Positions 37,155-48,374 are shown, numbered from the stretch's first letter. The stretch: 64,000 bases of DNA from Fistulifera solaris (GCA_030295235.1 AP026125.1:1054001-1118000); one strand, 5' to 3'. Made by a program: numbers and translations. Notes: generated by a model from the letters alone, not told the origin.

Positions 37155-39159
37155 TCAGTATCCCATCTGGTACTGGGTTGGCTGTGCTGGGGGCGCTTGT
37201 TGCGGCTGGGTGGCCCACGGGTCTTGAGGTGGTTGCGGCTGGTACGGGTTATACCCTTGAGGTTGAGCCGATTGTTGATAAGCCTGAGCCGGCGGGTACG
37301 ACTGCTCTTGTTGATAAGGAACCATTGACTGTGTGGCTGGTGGTTGCTGGTAGGGCATGGAGGGGGCTCCCGGATAAGCTTGCGGTGCACCGGCTGGAAT
37401 CATTGCATTTTGATATGGCTGTCCGGGCATTGGATATGTTTGCTGAGGCACCTGCCCATAGCCAGCATTGGCAGCAACAGGGGCTTGGGCACCGTATGCC
37501 GCTGCGTACGGTGCCTGATCATACTGAGGGACAGCCGATTGGGACGGAACGTCATCCCAATTGTTAACATCCAACAAATCAGCCTCTTCACCAGGTTCGT
37601 CATCCTTCGTTTCTTGTGCGTGAATTTCGTCATCTCTTGCTGATCGGCCGCCTTCTCGTCCGTAGTCACTGCCACCGTCTGATATTGAAAAGAATCCGAT
37701 TAGTCGTGTTGCTTGTTTATAGGCAACCAACGAGTGTGACAGCAATCTAACTTACCGCGATCCTTTTCCTCTTGAGTCGGAGGCCGTCGAACAGCACCGG
37801 TAGCTCGAATGCCACCGCTCAGAGGTGTGTTGCGCATGCACTCTACCAACGCTTCACGCAAATCATCGACCTCCTTGGGATTATAAGATCCAAAAGCCGC
37901 AGCAATGGTCGGCCCATAATCCATCCACCGCTCCAGCTTGAACTGGCGTACCATTTTGTTGCCGTAGGCTTTCGTACGACACTGCGTCACCTGATATCCT
38001 CGTACGTTGGGCTTGTACAAATCATGAACAAAGTTGACCGCGAGTTTGATGAGAAAGTTGCGCTGCGTCTGATCATGATAAGGGTTATTTAACCAGTCAT
38101 CGAAATCTGCTTCCGAGCGAAAGAAAAGCATAGTGTGTGGTCCATAACGTATCCAGAAGACTTGTTTCCATTTCTTGATCACAATCGTGCGAAACGAGAT
38201 ACGCGCCAGTACATATCCCCGCTTTTGCACGAGTTCCGCCTTGGGAAGGGGAGAAGCGCCCATCGGAGCTTCTCGCGCTAGTTCGGTGCTGAATTTGTTG
38301 CGCGGTGATCCGGCCGGAATTTCGTCATTGGCCGAAACATTTTCGACATTGCGATACGCGGGGTGTTCATCGGCTCGTACCGACGGTGGTGCCTCACTTT
38401 TGGCTGATAACGCGGCAGACTGGCGACATCCGCAGTCGGAGCTGGAGCCGGCGCTGGCTGTGGGGCATTTCCAAAGAAATCAAGATCGTCCGCTGGCGGC
38501 GCGGTTTGCGGAGGGGGCGCATAGTGTTGCCCGTAGGCTCCAGGTTGCGGAGGAGGAACGGCCTGCGGGGTATACGAGGCTGGCGTAGGAGCTGGAGGAG
38601 GGGCCGTAGCAAAAGGATCGAACGGATTTCCGCCTGGTTGGGGTTGACTAGGCGCATACGCTCCGTAAGGATTACTTTGAGTCTGAGAAACGACCAGCGC
38701 ATTGTCGTAAGCAGGAGGCTGTTGAGCATAGGGGTTGCCTTGATATTGCGAAACAACGAGAGCATTGTCAATCGGTGGTTGAGGTGGAGCTGCGGCATAG
38801 GGAGCGTATGCGGAAGGAGCCGGGCCTTGTTCGGGTGGAGCATAAGGGGACGTTTGCTGCCCAAAAGGATTGTGACCATACGGATTGTAGTTTGCGGGGG
38901 CAGGAGGTTGCTGCTGCTGAGGAGGAGGCGCTGCGAATTGCTGAGACGATTCATAGGAGTAAGCTGAATAGCTCTGCCCTGCAACACTTTGATTGTCAGG
39001 TTGCCCATAGGCAGATACACCAAACGGATTACTCGGCTGCTGCTGCTGCTGCTGCTGCGGTGGTGCTGTATTTCCGCCGCCCGTTGCACCGAAAGGATTA
39101 CCGGCCATGGGAGCTTGACTTTGAGCAGAACCTCCAAAAGCAAACGGATTATCAGTCAT
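37155..39159 (-). CDS. Pro/Gln/Tyr-rich protein with NPF motifs and a central PH-like domain; frameshift near 38400, intron about 37680-37755
   Basis: NPF/DPF motifs, polyQ, and globular block GYVLARISFRTIVIKKWKQVFW. Confidence 0.7.
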
Positions 39160-39421
39160 GTTACGAGAAAAAGGTTCTTTCGCGGTAGGGTATCAGGTTT
39201 TTTTCTTATTAACAGGCTTCTCGTGGCAGTCGCATGTCAAAGATGCGTTGGGGCATCGTTTTGTTTTTCGCATGATCGATGTATTTCAGTTTCACACACG
39301 TGTCGGCGGTCGGCGCGGAGCAGATTTTGACAGGACAACTCTCCACTGTAGAGTACGAAGGAAAAAAGCCGATGAAGTGCCATAAGACAAAGGCGTAGTC
39401 GTACAGGTTTTCGGATCGCTA

Positions 39422-40410
39422 TAATCCGTATTTACTATGCTCCCAAAGTGAAGACGACCTTCTCCAGACTGCATCCCAGTCATGAATCAAATCATTCCGA
39501 GCCACACTGCTACACAAGAAGGGATCTTTCGGCTAACATGGTTCGCTATAATTGCTTATATCACATTGAAATGGTCAATAACATCTTTTGCGACGCACGT
39601 ATCGATCGATTCCGCCAGAAAATAACGGAGAGCCAATTTTTCTTGTATTTACTATACACCGAAAGTGTGATGGTCTCAACTTTGCCACGACTGCAATCCA
39701 GTCATGAAGCATGATGTTCCGATTAGACATGTGACTCCCTCTAAAATTCTGTGGCAGTGAAGTGACTTCCATGGCAAGCTCTCGGCAGTGAAGTGGAAGT
39801 GAAATCACTCCCGTGTCGCACTGAGTATAGTATGTGCTAAACTGTACTCTTGTCAGTCACTTACTCTAGGGACTGCCTCAAGTGCACTAGGGTTTTGACT
39901 TCCTACGTAGCTTTACGTAGGTGTAGTACTTGGCAGTGAACCCTTTTGGCTTGGAAGTGAAGTGAAGTGGAAGTGAAATTTCCTCACGGCAGTGAAGTGG
40001 ACGTCAGCAGTGCAGAAGTCACATGTCTAGTTCCGATCCGCACTGCTACACAACCGACGCTCGTTCCGCTATTGTAAGCGCGAATTGTCGTGGTCACAAT
40101 GCAGTTATCAACAGCAGCATTTTCACTGCACGCCTTCGAATTTTTACTTCGGAAAGCCAGGAGGCTTGCCTCAATCCAAATTTATTATATACCCATAAAT
40201 GTTGTCCGTTTATCTCCACGACTGTTTTCAGTCGTGAATCACTATTTTCCTAATCATAGATTGCCTACCGGACCGCCGTTTCTTCTGCTTGTTAATCCAG
40301 AATGTTTTCATTACAATACAGCATCTTACAGTGTCATGTGCAATGTGTCCCTCAATTCATTTCGTCGATCGATAATGAATGATTGTGGAAATCCTTGTCA
40401 TCAGTATGTA
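39422..40410 (+). repeat. Degenerate tandem array (about 216-222-bp unit, about 3 copies) interrupted by a hAT-like element
   Basis: Palindrome cores at 39464-39484, 39686-39706 and 40217-40236. TTCCGA.CC.CACTGCTACACA follows the first two cores once the insertion is removed. Confidence 0.8.
39724..40029. mobile_element. Non-autonomous hAT-like DNA transposon (306 bp)
   Basis: 13-bp TIRs TAGACATGTGACT / AGTCACATGTCTA; exact 8-bp TSD GTTCCGAT at 39716-39723 and 40030-40037; subterminal GAAGTG/CAGTGAAGTG repeats. Confidence 0.92.
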
Positions 40411-40811
40411 CTAAACCTGGTACACCTGACTTAGGTTTGAAAAGAAGTGGCCTAGTCTATGTCTATGCGAATGATGGGAGCCTTAAACGCATCAAGATTC
40501 CCTCCTTTTCACAGTAATACATACTAATGGACCGATTACATGAATCCAAATGCTGAATTACCTCAGTTTAATGGGTTGATAGTCTAGACAGCCGTGGACG
40601 CTTTTTACCACTTACGTTTCAATAGTAACCAGAGAGTAACTTATAGAACGCAGCAGCAACTGTTGAATGCGATACCATTTTAGCTGTAAACATCCCATGC
40701 TGTAGCCAGCGCGCAAAGCTCAACCGACAAAATAGTCGCAGCAAAAATCTGTTTGAGGCATAGCTATTCCATTTGTTAAAATTTCATGCGAACGTCCCGC
40801 CGTTCCCTAAT

Positions 40812-41114
40812 TCACCGTTTGCCTTTTTTTACCAAAGTCTTTGACTGCACCATCATATCGATCAGAGCCCATACTTGCAACTCTTGGGGCGATTTACAAC
40901 CATCGGAAGCGAGATTCTGTTCACGTTCCAGCGCCTCTAAAGCTTCTTTTCGCACTCGATCACCCACTTCAATGAGTGTTTTATCGAACAAGTCAGTGAA
41001 ACGCTTTGGGGCGCCATTCGGTTTGGCCAGTGCTTCGCCGAATAATGCAGCCAGTCTTTCGCGTCGCGACTCGTCCGTCGGCTCCAGTGAGAGAGAAAGG
41101 ATCAGTTCTTTCAT
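40812..41114 (-). CDS. Hypothetical protein (start may lie further upstream)
   Basis: Helical, protein-like ORF ...LQVWALIDMMVQSKTLVKK. Confidence 0.55.
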   Translation of the reverse strand: MKELILSLSLEPTDESRRERLAALFGEALAKPNGAPKRFTDLFDKTLIEVGDRVRKEALEALEREQNLASDGCKSPQELQVWALIDMMVQSKTLVKKGKR

Positions 41115-41710
41115 ATCTTCTGTTTCTTTTCCGAATCTGACGACTTTGTCAGCAGAAACCGCGCAGGAAGCCTTGTGGCGGCGGGAACTCGAAACGCCAA
41201 TGAATCGTTATCGCAAAAAACGAATGTAAAGCATGCAATTATCACTGATAATCTCATCGTGAAAGTGAATTGGGAATTCGCTATTTATCTTGCGCAGTAG
41301 ATAGTGTCTCTGTATTGAAAGAGAGATTTTACTTAAAAATTTTCGAGAGAATTAAAGAGGATAGCCGTGTATTCGCATTGCCAGTGGGCTCTTCCTCGCA
41401 TGAGAAGATCATCATCTTCAAAAATCTCAAAACAACAAGATCCGCGATGCGGAGGAGAAAAAACCCGCGCTTTAGATTACCAGTATTTACCTTCTCGAAA
41501 CGTCATTCAGTACATTTACTTAACGATTTGGGTACCGTAAGGATGCCATAAATGTTTGCCCCCAACGCCCGCAACGCTTTTCGCGGACATTATAGTGCGA
41601 GACATTTCCTTTTGCATGCCGAAAGAAAAGATCTTACTTGCACGCTTTCAGCGAAAAAAACTTCCATTTCTTGGTTTCGTAGTGCCTTTTGTCAGAAACC
41701 GTAACCGAAT

Positions 41711-43246
41711 ATGGCAGAGCTATTTGAGCCTCAGCCAAAGGAATGGCCGGGAGAGGTTGAGAAAAAATACCAACGCTTTGAAGTTCTTGGAAAAGGTTCG
41801 TTCGGAATGGTTTGGATGTCACGAAGAACCGAAATTCCGGAAGACGAAAATGATGACGAATTTGTGGCGATCAAAGAAATTAAGATCAAAGACGAAAAGA
41901 GCGAAGTGTACGCAGAACGGGAAATTTCAATTCTGTCGGAAATCAAGCATCCGAATATTATCCGCATGATCCGAGCGTATCCTGTTTATAAAGGTTCCCG
42001 AGTCGTGGTGATGCAGCTGGCACGAGGACCCAACCTGCATCAACTTGTGGTCAAGAGGGGAGCGCTCGGACTCCCTCTTGCTCGACTTGTAAGCCGGGAA
42101 CTGATATCGGCTGTCTCGTATCTACACGGAAGAGCGGTTATTCACAGGGATATCAAGCCCAGCAACTGTATACTCGCGTGCAATGCATTGAAACCGACAG
42201 AAAACTACGACTGGACGAGAGATAACGCCATATGGAGCAGTAACGAAGATGCGGAACGTGCAGTAAGAGAAAAGCGATGGAAACTGTACCTTGTAGATTT
42301 TGGCTTTGCACGCGCTTTAGAAAAGGAGGAAATAGACGCACAGACACGTCATCTGCGAAACTCAATTCTTTTCGAAAATGCGCCACCCGCGGAGAAGCCC
42401 CAGCCACCGCAAAGTACAGAAATTCCTACTACCTTTAGGAACATTCGAGACAAAGTAATTGCCGAGGATGATTCAGCGGCTTCAGACGACGAAGCCTTGG
42501 CTCAAATGGTGGAAAATGCAGCGTCGAAAATGAGAAATACGTCCTTTACGCCAACTAACAATATTGAGGACGAGATCATGGGTACTGGAGGCAGGCGGCA
42601 AAGACTTTCCGGTATTTCTATGCAAATTCCTGAGAGTATGCCGAAGAGTAACAAGCGCGTATCTCATGCTCGACAAAACATTCGATCGATGAGTGCTCTG
42701 GGTACAAAAGCGTACGCAGCTCCAGAAATCAGGAAGAAACTCAGACACAAGACAGAAGAAGATCTAGGCAAAGAAAACGCGGCTTTAACAGAATGTGTAG
42801 CTGATTATGGAATGATCGTGGATGCCTATTCAGTGGGCTGGACGCTTCGAGTTGCGATAACTGGTGTCCCACCGAACTTTACTTTGTCCGAATACATGAA
42901 GGAGCGTGAGTCCGTCGTTTTAGACAGTCAAGAGGAAGAAGAAATAGCTTCCTTAGGGTGCTGCTGCTTCTTTTCTGGAGCTGCGCAGCCGCTAGTAAAG
43001 GTTCGCGATCCATCGCAAATTCCTCGTGAAGCAATGCTGTTAATCACCAGTATGACCGAAAAGAAACCAGAGGATCGAATGACCGTTCGGGAAGCTCAGC
43101 TGCATCCTTACATTGCAGGAGGATCAGGGGAAGAATCATACAGTCCTCCTCAAGGTGACATCCCATCTAGCCACGGAGATCCTGTTGTTCCCCTGGTATG
43201 CGCTTCCGCACTTTCAAAGCTGACCATCAAATATCACATGACATAA
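41711..43246 (+). CDS. Ser/Thr protein kinase with a very long activation-segment insert
   Basis: GKGSFG, VAIK, HRDIKPSN, DFG, GTKAYAAPE, DAYSVG. Confidence 0.93.
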   Translation: MAELFEPQPKEWPGEVEKKYQRFEVLGKGSFGMVWMSRRTEIPEDENDDEFVAIKEIKIKDEKSEVYAEREISILSEIKHPNIIRMIRAYPVYKGSRVVVMQLARGPNLHQLVVKRGALGLPLARLVSRELISAVSYLHGRAVIHRDIKPSNCILACNALKPTENYDWTRDNAIWSSNEDAERAVREKRWKLYLVDFGFARALEKEEIDAQTRHLRNSILFENAPPAEKPQPPQSTEIPTTFRNIRDKVIAEDDSAASDDEALAQMVENAASKMRNTSFTPTNNIEDEIMGTGGRRQRLSGISMQIPESMPKSNKRVSHARQNIRSMSALGTKAYAAPEIRKKLRHKTEEDLGKENAALTECVADYGMIVDAYSVGWTLRVAITGVPPNFTLSEYMKERESVVLDSQEEEEIASLGCCCFFSGAAQPLVKVRDPSQIPREAMLLITSMTEKKPEDRMTVREAQLHPYIAGGSGEESYSPPQGDIPSSHGDPVVPLVCASALSKLTIKYHMT

Positions 43247-43621
43247 AATGGATTTCGCAATTCAGCCCAACAAACTTCTCAATGTACTATGATGAGACAA
43301 GGTTCTAGCTAGAATATATGTATAAAATGTGAAAGTGGCGATTTTGAAAAAAGCTATAGTCTAGGCGCCTTATGTAGCCCTAGCGATTTATAATTGTCCG
43401 CGTGCACGCGCGGAGGAAAATTGCACCTCTGGGAACCCGGAAATGAACACGTACGAGAACAGAGCCGATCAATTTGAAAGCCAACCAAAAGAAAAACCGA
43501 AGAATTTGCGATCCTTTCGATTCATTCGATTCATTGCAGACGAGACACTGGAGTAAAATTTTCAACCTAGAATCACTAAGTTTCTTCGTTGCCCAGTCTG
43601 TCATTTTACTCAATATCAACC

Positions 43622-45151
43622 ATGGTAGCGAAGAAACAAAAGACGAAGAAAAGCAAGAATGTTGAAGAAGAGGAAGTCGACTATGCCGCAGTCGCTGACC
43701 AGTTTGCCGACCTTTCCGACCACGATAGCGTCGAAGAGGGCGACGACGACGATGATGACGATGAAAACGATGAGTCAGCCAGTGGGGATAGTGGTGATTC
43801 AAATGATGAAAACGAGAATAGCGGAAGTGATGACGATAAAGAGGATTCGGAAGACCACGATGATTCGGAAGAGCACGATGATTCGGAAGGAGACGAAGAG
43901 GACGATGATGGCGAAGAGGACAACATCGCGAGGAAAATTACAACGAACTCGTTTGCTGGCCCAGAACCATGTTCTTTCGATATGCATAATTTGTTAGCGA
44001 TCAACTCTCACCAAATGGACACATCGAAAATGTACATTAAGAAAGCAGGAAAATACAATGATGAAGAAGACATAACAATACCACCTGAATCGTTGGAGCT
44101 TGCCGTGAACGAGAAGTATCTTTTAGAGAAGGCTGCTTCCGGTTGCACCCAGCTCATTGCTGCCCTTTGGCAACTTCCGATCGAGTCTAGTGACGTCGGC
44201 CCCATGGTATCCTTGCCAATTCATGATGGAAGTAAAATACCTCGTCAGCTGGTACGTTTATGCTCACTTTCTCGATGCTCTTTCCTCTTGGTTCAACACC
44301 TCTAACGCCATTATACAGCCCCTCCACCTCCCAAAAAGGAAACAAAATGGGAAAAGTTTGCCAAACTAAGAGGCATTTCACTGAACAAGGAAAAGAGATC
44401 ACAAAAGGTGTTCGATGAAGCTACTGGAGAATGGATGTATCGACATGGTTATCGAAAGGCGAATGATGACACGAAAGAGTGGCCTATTATGGAAGTCAAG
44501 GGTAATGACGACCCTTACGCTGATCCTTGGGAAAAGCAGCGCGAAGAGAAGCGTTCTCGCAAGGATAAGAATATGGAAAGTCGTATGCGAAATGAAGAGC
44601 GCGCTGGCAATCTCGTCAAAGGCACGACGAACAAACTTCTGAAAAACCGAGATAAAGCCCGCATGGCCGGGAAGGCCGGTGGTGATCTCGATCGCTACAA
44701 CGTTCCACCTTCCGGTGTTCCAGTAGACTTGAAACCGACAAAAGGCAGCGGTGATATCAAGAGTATGAAACGTGGAAAAGCGTCCATCACGAACGCTTTA
44801 TTGGCTACCCAGCGTTCTACGGCATCGCTTGGAAACTTTGACAAGATGTTGGAAGGAGAACCAGAGCGGAAGAAGAATCATATCGGTGCAAAGAAGCGCA
44901 AATACGAAGGAAGTACGGATAAGGCGGTCATTTCCACTGAGGCTGAACGGGCTATGAAAGTTTTCAAGCACGTAGTTGATGGAGGCGGTGCGCAGAAAGA
45001 GAAAGCTCGACTGAAGGGCCGTCTGGCGAAGGGAGAAACGGCGTACGACTATGAATTCAACGACGGGTTGGGTCCTTCAACCTTTCAAAAGAAGAAAGGG
45101 CGTGCTGCAGCTGGCAAGATGAAGAAAATGACCAAGAAGCGCATCAAGTAA
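43622..45151 (+). CDS. RRS1: Ribosome biogenesis regulator Rrs1; intron 44252-44318, missing C at 44319-44322
   Basis: IPRQL-PPPPK.ETKWEKFAK.RGI, FDE..GEW.YRHGY, STASLGNFD. Confidence 0.9.
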
Positions 45152-45238
45152 GGCAATAGCGTTTAAGTCAAAGTTTGAGTCTCTAAATTAACTTCATGAT
45201 CTTTTGATGTACTAATATGATGCAACTAATTTAGACTA

Positions 45239-45659
45239 TTATTTCAGTATTTTCTCCCATGTCATGATCTCGGGATGACGTTCGAGTATTTCGCAAGGTA
45301 GTGCGCTAGCATCATTCATTGCTTCAATGGTATCGAAATCACCGACAAACTCTACGCTCTCCTCGCCTAACAAGAAAAATTGAGGGTAGGTTCCCCTTCG
45401 ACCACTGATGCTGAACAATTTATTTCGGCTAACAGAAACAAAGGCGTAAGAGGCCACGTCCAAGACGGCAGGATGCAAGCGTTCAATACACTTACGTCTC
45501 ACGATTTTCCGGATCAGCTCCATCAATGGTTTCGTACGGTATACCTCGTCCTTCTAAAAGATGCATGGCTCGCTCCTGATTTTGGCGTTGCGCTCTGTTC
45601 ATGCCCAGTCCAGTCATCAGCATTACCACGCATTTTCGATGTTGTTCGCTCTTCGCCAT
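45239..45659 (-). CDS. SH3BGR/glutaredoxin-like small protein; intron 45429-45495
   Basis: Spliced product MAKSEQ...LLEGRGIPYETIDG...RNKLFSISG...YPQFF...FVGDFDTIE. Confidence 0.75.
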
Positions 45660-45930
45660 TGTAAATTATTGTTTCCAGATGGGGTGGTTGATAAAACGAG
45701 TCAAGTAGTATGAGAACGAAAGATTAATGAATGTTGTGGTGTAAATCGTGTTGTATCTCTCCGAGCTGTTCTCGAAACGTCTCTTCACCTTTTCGTAACA
45801 AAAAGAGTGGCCTGTGGCCGTCGCAAGAAATAGATAACAGGGAGCATTGATTTTACTATTGCCGATTGGGTGTACGGGCGCGCAGCAACGGAACTAAATC
45901 GAGCCGGCATGTTTTCACTCATTCTTGCCT

Positions 45931-46592
45931 TTCTATTTCTATACTACGTACCAGTATATTGCGAAATGTACTCTCATGACCAAAAATCCGATACCAATCC
46001 CGCCCAAACGAGAGCCTACGTCCTTAGTGTCGGCTGCATTTGCAAATGATCGACTTGTAAGTGTACCCAAATGTTTGTTCTAGAATTGCTGATACTCTGA
46101 TATTGCAAATCAAACGAAAAGGCAATTACTTGTGCTGCATGCACAAAAGACAATAGTTTTCGTTCCATTGTTTTCTTTTTAAAATAAAAAATCCAGTCAT
46201 GGCTGCCGTAAACCAACATTCTGGGGGATAGTAAAAGCATGCGCATCACGAAATGAGAGCCCTGTCGGCTGGAAAAGCAATTGATTGACTTGTAAGTGTA
46301 GCTGGTATTTACTCTAGTCTTGTAAAACATTGATCTTCCAAATAAAACGCAAAGGCTATATTTTTGTGCTGCACACAGAAAAGGATTGTTATCGTCTCAA
46401 TCCAGTCATGAGTGCCTGAATCTACACTCTGGGCGATAGTAAAAAGTATGCTCATCACGAAATGAGAGCATTGTTGGCTGGAAAAGCAATCGATTGACTT
46501 GTAAGTTTAGCTGATAATTACCAATAGTCTTTTATTAAAATATTTCGATATTCCAAACAAACGCTAAAGGCTTTATCTTGTGCTGCACGCAC
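45931..46592 (+). repeat. Degenerate tandem array, unit about 209-235 bp, about 3 copies
   Basis: GACTTGTAAGT at about 46052, 46287 and 46496; TTGTGCTGCA three times; ATCCAGTCATG at 46191 and 46400. Confidence 0.88.
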
Positions 46593-46679
46593 CAAGCGTC
46601 AACGTCTCACACGACGGGGACCAAAAATAATGATGACGTCACAATAACGCATTGATCTCGTTCGCCGCCGACGCGCATA

Positions 46680-47107
46680 CAGCTGGGATTCGTTCGTCAT
46701 TACACCTCGAAAATAATTTTACGTAAAATTTCCCATTTTCATGCTTATTTTTATCTATCATAAAAACTTCGGATGAATAAGATAATTATATAGATAGATT
46801 CAGAATTTTGAGAGCTACAAAATAAGTTTTTCGATCCGCGAACTGGGCCTTATTTGACGAAGAATATGGATATTTTTGTAGTACGCGAAAGAAGGCTCAG
46901 TTCGCGGATCGAAAACTTATTTTGTAGCTCTCAAAATTCTGAATCTATCTATATAATTATCTTATTCATCCGAAGTTTTTATGATAGATAAAAATAAGCA
47001 TGAAAATGGGAAATTTTTACGTAAAATTATACAGTAAAATTTTTGTGGAGCCTCTGGTAGATTTTCTACGAGGTGTACATGGTGTAATGACGGACGAATC
47101 CCAGCTG
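46680..47107. mobile_element. Tc1/mariner-type foldback MITE (428 bp) with TA TSD
   Basis: 27-bp TIRs CAGCTGGGATTCGTTCGTCATTACACC (1 mismatch) flanked by TA at 46678 and 47108; internal inverted arms of about 138 bp at 46713-46850 and 46892-47030. Confidence 0.93.
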
Positions 47108-47219
47108 TACCCTTATTTTTGCTGTCTCTTTTTGCTTCACATCGTTATAACATTTCTTTCGTCCTTCGTGTATTCAACATTGGGAATTCAAACAATCTAC
47201 AGCCCACCATCTATATAGA

Positions 47220-48374
47220 ATGATAAAGCAAATGATGGGCACCGCTTCCTTTCGAAAGCTGCTGACTGAGTCTGTGATGCGACGAAACTTAAGCTCGGAA
47301 ACGGCTGTTAAGATTACCAAGCATGATGCTTCTACCGGCGTAGACCGACTCGCATCGCTCCGTGCTCAGCTAGCCGCTGATGACGCTACCATTGACGATT
47401 TTGCTAAACAAAGCGACAGGCCTGTTCGAAGAAAAGCCGCACCTCGGAGTAGCAAAGTCCTCCCCAAACCGCGCTGGCTCAAGGCAGCCCCCGCCACCTC
47501 CGATAATTACAAAGAACTCCGCAACACCGTTCGTGAATTAGGACTAGCTACTGTTTGCGAAGAGGCACGCTGTCCGAACATTGGAGAATGTTGGGGTGGA
47601 AGTGACAGCGAAGTCGCCACCGCAACCATCATGATCATGGGAGACACGTGTACGAGAGGATGTCGCTTCTGCTCGGTAGCCACCAGTCGTAACCCGGCGC
47701 CACTGGACCCCGAAGAGCCCGAAAAAGTTTCGACTGCTATCGCCAAGTGGGGTCTTGACTATGTCGTGTTGACCTCCGTGGACCGCGATGACTTGCCCGA
47801 TCAGGGCTCGCAACATTTTCGTTCGGTAGTACAGCGATTGAAGGAAAAGAAACCTGGGTTATGGGTAGAAGCGCTTACTCCTGATTTTCGCGGTGATCGC
47901 GACTTGATCCGTGCCGTGGCAACCTCGGGTTTGGATGTTTACGCGCATAACGTGGAAACAGTAGAGGATCTGACGAGTCGTGTTCGGGATCGACGTGCCG
48001 GTTACCGCCAGTCGTTGGATGTCTTGGAGTATGTGAAGAGTCTCTCGCTTGAGAAAGATGTCATCACAAAGACTTCGCTCATGTTAGGACTCGGAGAAAC
48101 GGACGAGCAAGTCCGGCAGACTTTGCGAGATTTACGAAGCGTCTCTGTTGATGTGGTGACATTCGGACAGTACTTGCAACCAACGAAGAAGCACTTGGCC
48201 GTGAAGGAATACGTGACGCCGGAAAAGTTTGAGGAATGGCAGAAAGAGGCCGAGGCTATGGGCTTTTTGTACGTGGCATCAGGTCCGTTGGTTCGCTCCA
48301 GTTACAAAGCGGGGGAATTTTTCCTCAAGAATTATCTGAAGCAAAGGCAGCAACAACGCGAAGAGGCAGTTTAA
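47220..48374 (+). CDS. LIAS: Mitochondrial-type lipoyl synthase
   Basis: [12 protein letters not shown], radical [26 protein letters not shown]. Confidence 0.97.
   Translation: MIKQMMGTASFRKLLTESVMRRNLSSETAVKITKHDASTGVDRLASLRAQLAADDATIDDFAKQSDRPVRRKAAPRSSKVLPKPRWLKAAPATSDNYKELRNTVRELGLATVCEEARCPNIGECWGGSDSEVATATIMIMGDTCTRGCRFCSVATSRNPAPLDPEEPEKVSTAIAKWGLDYVVLTSVDRDDLPDQGSQHFRSVVQRLKEKKPGLWVEALTPDFRGDRDLIRAVATSGLDVYAHNVETVEDLTSRVRDRRAGYRQSLDVLEYVKSLSLEKDVITKTSLMLGLGETDEQVRQTLRDLRSVSVDVVTFGQYLQPTKKHLAVKEYVTPEKFEEWQKEAEAMGFLYVASGPLVRSSYKAGEFFLKNYLKQRQQQREEAV

Noticed and set aside
38305..39188. Long antisense and alternate-frame ORFs
   Set aside because: Shadow ORFs of the Pro/Gln-rich gene; the same applies to most short overlapping ORFs in the track.
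39422..40410. CRISPR array or helicase-associated (HA) repeat interpretation
   Set aside because: Inter-core sequences are homologous to each other rather than unique spacers, no cas genes are present, and the HA Trp/Gly pattern is absent.
46190..46500. Hammerhead ribozyme or C/D snoRNA in the repeat
   Set aside because: No CUGAUGA...GAAA core. The reverse-strand GTGATGA is in one copy only and has no D box.
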